Positions 1-4,592 of a DNA stretch of 5,118 nucleotides are shown one piece after another (within the stretch, counting starts at the first letter, position 1; every line of letters starts with the position of its first letter). The notes under the pieces were generated by a model. The model saw nothing but the letters and a program-made list of their open reading frames with translations, made no database searches and was not told where the DNA came from. Both the position numbers and the translations under genes were made by a program. Origin of the DNA: a virus (Duplodnaviria > Heunggongvirae > Uroviricota > Caudoviricetes); the IMG/VR virus record IMGVR_UViG_2713896781_000020; one strand, given 5' to 3'.

Positions 1-37
1 TTATTGTTGTCAGCTTCCGGATAACGGGAGACGGGGT

Positions 38-253
38 ATGTACCAGATGGAAAAAATCACAACAGGTGTGTCATACACCACGTCAGCGGTGGGAACGGGC
101 TACTGGTTCCTGCAGTTGCTGGACAGGGTTTCCCCGTCTCAGTGGGCGGCAATAGGCGTGCTGGGGAGTCTGCTGTTTGGGCTGCTGACATATCTGACTA
201 ACCTGTATTTCAAAATCAGAGAGGACCGGCGTAAGGCGGCGCGGGGAGAGTAA
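38..253 (+). CDS. S: Class II pinholin, phage 21 S21-like (71 aa; a second in-frame start at codon 4 would give a 68-aa form)
   Basis: ORF 38-253 with GGGAG about 7 nt upstream of the ATG. Translation [10 protein letters not shown]...[50 protein letters not shown] is recognisably similar, from memory, to the phage 21 S21 pinholin. It has two TMDs, a weakly hydrophobic Gly/Ser/Thr-rich TMD1 and a canonical TMD2, and a charged C-terminal tail. The two Met codons (38 and 47) match the 71/68 dual-start layout of S21. Confidence 0.85.
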   Translation: MYQMEKITTGVSYTTSAVGTGYWFLQLLDRVSPSQWAAIGVLGSLLFGLLTYLTNLYFKIREDRRKAARGE

Positions 254-308
254 NNNNNNNNNNNNNNNNNNNNNNNNNNNNNNNNNNNNNNNNNNNNNNN
301 NNNNNNNN
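254..308. other. Run of N (masked or unknown bases, 55 nt)
   Basis: Literal n characters in the sequence. The reading frame of the downstream ORF is open back into this run. Confidence 1.
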
Positions 309-341
309 GCTGAGGCGAAAAAGCAGGCGAAGCAGTTTTTC

Positions 342-953
342 ATGGATGTTGCTGCCGGGTTATGTGAAGGGAACGAACCGTTGCCGGAAAAGCGCCCCAT
401 AATTTTAGAGGCGCAGGATGTGTTGATAACCTACAAAGGAAAGCTACCGGGAAGAATTACTGGTTCTCTGAAGATGCCGCCGTCAACACTGCGGTCAGAA
501 AAAGAGGCGTCTTGTCTGCAGTCTGAGTACTCCATTACGGTTAAAAGTGCCGGAGAGGAAGGAAATAAACGTTATTTTATTGCGTCTGCACCTGATAAAG
601 ATCAGGAATGGGAGTGTAACCGGCCATCCTTTGTTGTATACGGAGATGGCGGGAAAATAACCATCTCAGAAAATGGGAAATTAACACCGCCATCGCACCA
701 GCATAGTGAGGCGCTCATTGAATTTGCCATTGATTACCTGAAGAACAATAAAAAGCAGGGGCTGATGAAGCGCATTGGTCGTTGCATGGGATATCTGCAG
801 GTAGCAGCTGAGATTGAAATGATGGCCAGTGGTGCTGACAATGATGCAGTTGTGCTGGAGGCTCTTCTGCGTGATTTTGATAATACGCCCTTTAAGAAAG
901 CACCTGTTGACTGGATGCAGCCGGGGATGACTTATCTGAAAGGGCGTATATAA
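342..953 (+). CDS. Hypothetical protein, at least 203 aa, unknown function; the true start is probably inside the upstream N run
   Basis: Long uninterrupted ORF on the same strand as the lysis genes, stop TAA at 951-953. The frame stays open upstream from 342 back to the N run at 308 (AEAKKQAKQFF precedes the first Met), and neither ATG 342 nor ATG 474 has a convincing Shine-Dalgarno. I recognise no family or catalytic motif. The segment looks more AT-rich than the flanking lysis genes. Confidence 0.55.
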   Translation: MDVAAGLCEGNEPLPEKRPIILEAQDVLITYKGKLPGRITGSLKMPPSTLRSEKEASCLQSEYSITVKSAGEEGNKRYFIASAPDKDQEWECNRPSFVVYGDGGKITISENGKLTPPSHQHSEALIEFAIDYLKNNKKQGLMKRIGRCMGYLQVAAEIEMMASGADNDAVVLEALLRDFDNTPFKKAPVDWMQPGMTYLKGRI

Positions 954-962
954 GGTGGCTCG

Positions 963-1277
963 TTATCTGTTGCTGGATAATCGACTGAAGATGCGTTCTT
1001 TTTGTGTTTTTGCGTAATGATTGTCCCACTCACAATCAAGGTAGCTTAATTCTTCATTCAACCAGTTATTTATATTGGTCTTAATACGCATAAGCATGGG
1101 CTGTGTTAATGCTCTGGCGATAATGCCGAGAGTCACAGGTGTGAGATGTCCATACGGCTCAGCCTGAATGGATTTTACTGCATCGTGTTCTTGTGGGAGG
1201 AGTAAGAGGCACTCTGATTTTACCCGCTCATTTATGGCTTGCAGGCATAAATCATAATTATGTTGATCGTTATGCAT
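963..1277 (-). CDS. Hypothetical protein, 104 aa, unknown function, antisense to the late operon
   Basis: ORF on the - strand with AGAGGA about 6 nt upstream of the ATG (minus-strand context GTAGAGGATTAACC-ATG). Its stop is only 9 bp from the stop of the convergent 342-953 ORF. No + strand ORF above the track threshold competes in this interval. The region looks AT-rich relative to neighbours. No family recognised. Confidence 0.5.
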   Translation of the reverse strand: MHNDQHNYDLCLQAINERVKSECLLLLPQEHDAVKSIQAEPYGHLTPVTLGIIARALTQPMLMRIKTNINNWLNEELSYLDCEWDNHYAKTQKERIFSRLSSNR

Positions 1278-1405
1278 GGTTAATCCTCTACTGAAATTGT
1301 CAGATATATTTCAGCCATCAGGAAAAACGCCAGTGTCCTACCGCTGGCGGGCTGAAGATTTAACATATCCAGGGATTCGGAACCGATAAATCCTGATAAA
1401 TATCC

Positions 1406-1939
1406 ATGAACACCAAAATCAAATATGGCCTGTCGGCTGCCGTTCTGGCGTTGATTGCCATCGGTGCGCCTGCGCCTGATATTCTCGACCAGTTTCTGGA
1501 TGAAAAAGAAGGTAACCACACAACGGCATACCGTGATGGTGCGGGTATCTGGACCATCTGCCGCGGTGCCACAATGGTGGATGGTAAACCTGTTATTCCG
1601 GGCATGAAACTGTCGAAGGAAAAATGCGACCAGGTTAATGCCATTGAACGGGATAAGGCGCTGGCATGGGTGGAGCGCAATATTAAAGTTCCACTGACCG
1701 AACCACAGAAAGCGGGTATAGCGTCATTCTGTCCCTATAACATTGGCCCCGGTAAGTGTTTCCCGTCGACGTTTTATAAGCGGCTGAATGCTGGTGACCG
1801 CAGGGGAGCGTGTGAGGCGATTCGCTGGTGGATTAAGGACGGTGGCAGAGACTGCCGTATCCGCTCAAATAACTGTTATGGTCAGGTATCCCGTCGTGAC
1901 CAGGAGAGCGCGCTGGCGTGCTGGGGAATCGACAGATAA
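1406..1939 (+). CDS. R: SAR endolysin, T4-lysozyme-like muramidase (GH24)
   Basis: 177-aa ORF. The N-terminal Gly/Ala-rich weakly hydrophobic segment (GLSAAVLALIAIGAPAP) is typical of a signal-arrest-release domain. The catalytic triad E35-x8-D44-x5-T50 (EGNHTTAYRDGAGIWT) matches the T4 lysozyme E11/D20/T26 spacing. Overall it resembles, from memory, phage 21 R / P1 Lyz class endolysins found in Stx-converting lambdoid phages. No obvious Shine-Dalgarno upstream of the ATG. Confidence 0.93.
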   Translation: MNTKIKYGLSAAVLALIAIGAPAPDILDQFLDEKEGNHTTAYRDGAGIWTICRGATMVDGKPVIPGMKLSKEKCDQVNAIERDKALAWVERNIKVPLTEPQKAGIASFCPYNIGPGKCFPSTFYKRLNAGDRRGACEAIRWWIKDGGRDCRIRSNNCYGQVSRRDQESALACWGIDR

Positions 1940-2029
1940 GCAGAATATTTTGCTGAAAAATAAGGTATGGCCACGCGGGCGGATAACACGAAATCCTGCG
2001 AACTGGCGAAACGTAAGTGAATAAAAGTA

Positions 2030-2068
2030 AAAACCCCGTTTGTTGGCACCAAGCGGGGTTTTGTGTTT
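2030..2068. terminator. Bidirectional rho-independent terminator-like hairpin
   Basis: AAAACCCCG-TTG...CAA-G-CGGGGTTTT: stem CCCCG(2034-2038)/CGGGG(2054-2058) extended by TTG/CAA, followed by TTTTGTGTTT on the + strand. An A-run upstream gives a U-tract for the - strand as well. Confidence 0.6.
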
Positions 2069-2095
2069 CTGACCTTGAGTAAGGCAAGGGAGAAC

Positions 2096-2278
2096 ATGGC
2101 GAAGTATAAACGAATTCTGTTGAGGTTGACTATGAAAAATGGCCTTGAACTGAAAGCGTCTGTAACTGATGACATCAGCAGAGCACTGGCTTTTGCCATT
2201 AAGTGGGTGGCGGTCGGTGTTGCTGTGTCCCCGATGCTGTATGGGCTGGCAAAACTGGTCATTGCGTTGAAATCGTGA
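2096..2278 (+). CDS. Small hypothetical protein, 60 aa, with a C-terminal hydrophobic (putative membrane-anchor) segment
   Basis: ATG at 2096 preceded by AAGGGAG (2086-2092). Translation [60 protein letters not shown] has a basic amphipathic N-terminus and a roughly 22-residue hydrophobic C-terminus. The ORF track extends it to a GTG at 2063 inside the terminator tail, which I consider less likely. No family recognised. Confidence 0.4.
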   Translation: MAKYKRILLRLTMKNGLELKASVTDDISRALAFAIKWVAVGVAVSPMLYGLAKLVIALKS

Positions 2279-2292
2279 AGGGAGGATTAAGC

Positions 2293-2424
2293 ATGTCAGA
2301 CAAACTCATAACGCTGGCGAAGATCCTCTGTGTAATTGTCGGCATTTCATTTTCACTAATGCTGGTTGCTCTTTTTCTTTCCATGGCCTGGATGATGTTG
2401 TCTTCGTCGGGGTTGCTGGGGTGA
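2293..2424 (+). CDS. Small hypothetical single-pass membrane protein, 43 aa
   Basis: ATG at 2293 with a strong Shine-Dalgarno AGGGAGG (2279-2285) 7 nt upstream. Translation [43 protein letters not shown] is one long hydrophobic helix. Its stop TGA (2422-2424) overlaps the GTG start of Rz (GTGA), implying translational coupling. Confidence 0.45.
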   Translation: MSDKLITLAKILCVIVGISFSLMLVALFLSMAWMMLSSSGLLG

Positions 2425-2894
2425 ACATAAACCGAATGCTTTCCGCGTTTATCGTTATTCTGCTGGTGGCCTGTGGTGCGCTGTGGATGGCAACAGACCA
2501 TTACCGTGATAACGCGATTACCTACAAAGCGCAGCGCGATAACAAAGCCAGTGAACTGAAGCTGGCGAACGCAACCATTACTGATATGCAGGTGCGCCAG
2601 CGCGATGTTGCTGCGCTCGATGCAAAATACTCGAGGGAATTATCCGATGCGAGAACTGAAAATGAAACTCTGCGCGCTGATGTTGCCGCTGGTCGTAAGC
2701 GCCTGCGGATCAACGCCACCTGTCCAGGCTCCGTGCGTGAAGCCCCCACCACCTCCGGCGTGGATAATGCAACCGGCCCCCAACTGGCAGACACCGTTAC
2801 ACGGGATTATTTCACCCTCAGAGAGCGGCTGATGACGATGCACAAGCAACTGGAAGGGGCACAGGACTATATCCGCACTCAGTGCCTGAAATAA
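2421..2894 (+). CDS. Rz: i-spanin (inner-membrane spanin subunit), lambda Rz-like
   Basis: Translation has an N-terminal TMD ([17 protein letters not shown]) followed by [14 protein letters not shown]...DAKY...RERL...QLEG, recognisably similar from memory to lambda Rz. The periplasmic part is coiled-coil-like and there is a C-terminal Cys. The start may be GTG 2421 (N-terminal length then matches lambda) or ATG 2436. Confidence 0.92.
   Translation: MNINRMLSAFIVILLVACGALWMATDHYRDNAITYKAQRDNKASELKLANATITDMQVRQRDVAALDAKYSRELSDARTENETLRADVAAGRKRLRINATCPGSVREAPTTSGVDNATGPQLADTVTRDYFTLRERLMTMHKQLEGAQDYIRTQCLK
2647..2832 (+). CDS. Rz1: o-spanin (outer-membrane lipoprotein spanin subunit), lambda Rz1-like, embedded in the +1 frame of Rz
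   Basis: 61-aa ORF entirely inside Rz in a different frame. It has a signal peptide with lipobox LVVSAC, a proline-rich mature region ([14 protein letters not shown]...[12 protein letters not shown]) and a GAGGG Shine-Dalgarno-like element about 9 nt upstream. This closely resembles lambda Rz1 from memory. Confidence 0.88.
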   Translation: MRELKMKLCALMLPLVVSACGSTPPVQAPCVKPPPPPAWIMQPAPNWQTPLHGIISPSESG

Positions 2895-2964
2895 GTTTTG
2901 TTGATGCGCCGTATCGTCGCTGTATTCCCTCATTAACAGAGACCGCAGCCCGACAGGGAGACTC

Positions 2965-3014
2965 NNNNNNNNNNNNNNNNNNNNNNNNNNNNNNNNNNNN
3001 NNNNNNNNNNNNNN
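2965..3014. other. Run of N (masked or unknown bases, 50 nt)
   Basis: Literal n characters. Confidence 1.
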
Positions 3015-3244
3015 ATAATCAAAAACGATACACACCGGGGTTTACCGCGTTAACGGAGCGCGGCGTTGTCCCCTCATAGTCGCCTGTCCGGTGCGATGGT
3101 GGAAGAAGCCGGATGTTTATCACTATTAATTGATGACACAGAAATGGATTCATTGAATTTCAGCACGTTTTTGTATTCGTGTTATTGAACATCTGTTTAT
3201 TTTACTTTTAACATATTGATAATAAAAAGAGCTGTAAATCTTTA

Positions 3245-3304
3245 NNNNNNNNNNNNNNNNNNNNNNNNNNNNNNNNNNNNNNNNNNNNNNNNNNNNNNNN
3301 NNNN
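3245..3304. other. Run of N (masked or unknown bases, 60 nt)
   Basis: Literal n characters. It is followed on the + strand by CGTCGC-TTTTTTTT (3317-3325), which could be the tail of a terminator whose stem is masked. Confidence 1.
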
Positions 3305-3465
3305 TGATTTTCTCGTCGCTTTTTTTTGAGTAAGTTATATTAATTATAACAAATAATTTTCTGTGTTATTTTTTCAGGCTATCCCGTCAGAGGGGAAGCC
3401 TGTACTGCCGGGGAGCGAATGGAAAACTGATGTGTCCGGTAACTGCGTGTTCTGTGAACACCATG

Positions 3466-3651
3466 TTACTTAATTATGTAATTCATACCCGAACTCTCTG
3501 TTGACAGCCTTCTTCTGCAGGCTTCAATAACCCACGCTGAAAAGTTTCCTGAACCTTTCAGATCAAGAGCGATGTTAATTTGTTCAATCATCTGGTTTGG
3601 AAATCGGATGTTGCGGGTTGTTGTTCTGCGGGTTCTGTTCTTTGATGACAT
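3466..3651 (-). CDS. Small ribbon-helix-helix-like putative DNA-binding protein, 61 aa (possibly a YlcI/DUF3950-type prophage protein; family assignment unverified)
   Basis: - strand ORF with GGGG about 8-11 nt upstream of the ATG. Translation MSSKNRTRRTTTRNIRFPNQMIEQINIALDLKGSGNFSAWVIEACRRRL... fits a basic N-terminal arm, a short beta-strand (IRFP), helix 1 (NQMIEQINIALDLKG), a turn (SGN) and helix 2 (FSAWVIEACRRRL), which is the RHH (Arc/MetJ/CopG) pattern. In E. coli cryptic lambdoid prophages a small gene of this kind lies just upstream of the Nu1-like gene, as far as I recall. Confidence 0.6.
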   Translation of the reverse strand: MSSKNRTRRTTTRNIRFPNQMIEQINIALDLKGSGNFSAWVIEACRRRLSTESSGMNYIIK

Positions 3652-3806
3652 AATGTTTCCCCATATTCAGTGTTGCTGATTTGTATTATCTGAAGTTGCT
3701 TTTACGTTAATTTGACGCAGATCAATTAATACGATACCTGCGTCATAATTGATTATTTCTCGTGGTTTGATGGCGTACACACATGTTGTGATAAACCTTA
3801 TATAGA

Positions 3807-3890
3807 TGATAATCATTATCATTTCGTGGGTCCTTTCCGGCGATCCGACCGGTTACGGGGCGGCGACCTCGCGCGTTTTCACTATTTATG
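3807..3890. other. cos: cos site: cosQ-like region plus cosN, with the 12-nt cohesive-end sequence GGGCGGCGACCT at 3858-3869
   Basis: GATAATCATTATCATTTCGTGGGTCCTTTCCGGCGATCCGACCGGTTACG-GGGCGGCGACCT-CGCGCGTTTTCACTATTTATGAG matches, from memory, the lambda right end (...GGGTCCTTTCCGG.GATCCGAC.GGTTACG) joined to the lambda left end (GGGCGGCGACCTCGCGGGTTTTCGCTATTTATGAAAATTTT), with a few substitutions. It lies directly upstream of the Nu1-like gene, as in lambda. Confidence 0.85.
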
Positions 3891-3906
3891 AGATTTTTTG
3901 AGGGGG

Positions 3907-4055
3907 TGGTTGTTGTTTAATTGTTTGGTATATCTAATTGATAAGTAAGGTGAAAATAAAATAAATACAACAACCTTACGATGTGTTTTGATGTCGTCAA
4001 TGCGAAAAATGTCAATGATATCAAATGGTTTTGCAAAAACACATGGTTGTTGTTT
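3907..4055. repeat. cosB-like region: three copies of a GGTTGTTGT(TT) motif (3907-3918 direct, 3967-3975 inverted, 4044-4055 direct) flanking an AT-rich segment; candidate terminase small-subunit binding sites (R3/R2/R1-like)
   Basis: TGGTTGTTGTTT occurs identically at 3907-3918 and 4044-4055, and ACAACAACC (reverse complement of GGTTGTTGT) at 3967-3975. The position between cosN and the Nu1 start, and the arrangement of an inverted pair around an AT-rich stretch plus a third copy near the gene start, parallel lambda cosB (R3-I1-R2-R1). The sequence itself is not lambda cosB. Confidence 0.45.
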
Positions 4056-4085
4056 CGCTTTTTATCGATGACTTATGGAGAGGAG

Positions 4086-4592
4086 ATGGCCTTTTTATTG
4101 AATAAAAGTGATATGGCCTCCTCCATCGGTATCTCTGTTCAGGCATTTGATAAATGGGGCGTTCCTCCTGTTGAACGTCGGGGGAGGGAAGTTTTATATG
4201 ACGTTAAAACTGTACTGGAGATAGATCGCGAGCGGCGACAACACAATCAGAGAACACCTGATGACGGGGGAGAACTGGAGGAAAGGCTGCTTCGGGCCAG
4301 AGCTGAACTGACAGAAGAACAGGCTGTAGCTCAAAAACTTAAAAATCAGGTAACCGAAGGTAAGCTCATCGATTCAGACTTCTGCGTTTTCGCCCTCAGC
4401 AAACTGGCGATGGCATTGTCCAGTACGCTTGATTCCATTCCGTTATCCATGCAGCGACAGTTCCCGGATTTAACGCCACGTCATATTGACCATCTGAAAA
4501 CCCTTATTGCAAAGGGCGCAAATCAGTGTGCGCGGGCAGGGGATAAATTACCGGATTTGCTGGATGAATATATCAGAGCAACAACTGAATAA
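4086..4592 (+). CDS. nu1: Terminase small subunit, lambda Nu1-like
   Basis: Translation ...SIGISVQAFDKWGVPPV...EVLYDVKTVLE...DSDFCVFALSKLAMALSSTLDSIPLSMQRQFPDLTPRHIDHLK...LPDLLDEYI aligns by eye with lambda gpNu1 (...EVLYD...ETAFCTFVLSRIAGEIASILDGLPLSVQRRFPELENRHVDFLK...IPGLLSEYI). Start chosen at ATG 4086, directly preceded by GGAGAGGAG. The ORF track starts at 3981, but that extension covers the cosB repeats and lacks a Shine-Dalgarno. ATG 4068 or 4113 cannot be excluded. Confidence 0.88.
   Translation: MAFLLNKSDMASSIGISVQAFDKWGVPPVERRGREVLYDVKTVLEIDRERRQHNQRTPDDGGELEERLLRARAELTEEQAVAQKLKNQVTEGKLIDSDFCVFALSKLAMALSSTLDSIPLSMQRQFPDLTPRHIDHLKTLIAKGANQCARAGDKLPDLLDEYIRATTE

Noticed and set aside
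963-1277. Assigning the 104-aa - strand protein to the YdfR/DUF1327 family
   Set aside because: The idea comes only from similar size and the holin-endolysin location in Qin-like prophages. I cannot recall the family sequence and the strand differs from what I would expect, so I left it unassigned.
1280-1519. 79-aa ORF on the - strand overlapping the endolysin start
   Set aside because: Overlaps the well-supported endolysin 5' end on the opposite strand and contains the hairpin/T-tract. No ribosome-binding site was evident. Most likely a chance ORF.
1360-1680. 106-aa ORF on the - strand
   Set aside because: Entirely antisense to the endolysin coding sequence. Typical shadow ORF.
1968-2021. 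17-codon ORF between the endolysin stop and the terminator
   Set aside because: Very short, and the AAGG lies too close to the ATG. No support beyond an open frame.
2063-2095. GTG-initiated 5' extension of the 60-aa small ORF
   Set aside because: Would start inside the terminator U-tract. The internal ATG at 2096 has a much better Shine-Dalgarno.
1788-2262. ORFs 1788-2024 (+), 1833-2087 (-) and 1882-2262 (-)
   Set aside because: They overlap the endolysin 3' end, the intrinsic terminator and the small membrane ORF, in other frames or on the other strand. The well-supported features explain the region better.
1940-2420. An ant-like antirepressor between R and Rz
   Set aside because: The interval is too short and holds only two tiny ORFs, so no antirepressor-sized gene is present.
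2605-2646. Upstream extension of Rz1 to the ATG at 2605
   Set aside because: The lipoprotein signal peptide begins at [12 protein letters not shown] (2647). The extension would put 14 polar residues ahead of the signal and is not lambda-like.
2259-3035. ORFs 2259-2501 (-), 2522-2794 (-) and 2640-3035 (-)
   Set aside because: Antisense to Rz/Rz1, or running through an N-masked gap (the X residues are artefacts of the gap). Shadow ORFs.
2882-3079. 65-aa ORF on the + strand spanning the second N run
   Set aside because: The reading frame is maintained only through masked bases, so it is not assessable.
3981-4085. N-terminal 35-codon extension of the Nu1-like ORF (the ORF-track start)
   Set aside because: The extension overlaps the cosB repeat region and lacks a Shine-Dalgarno. 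ATG 4086 follows GGAGAGGAG and gives a lambda-like N-terminus.
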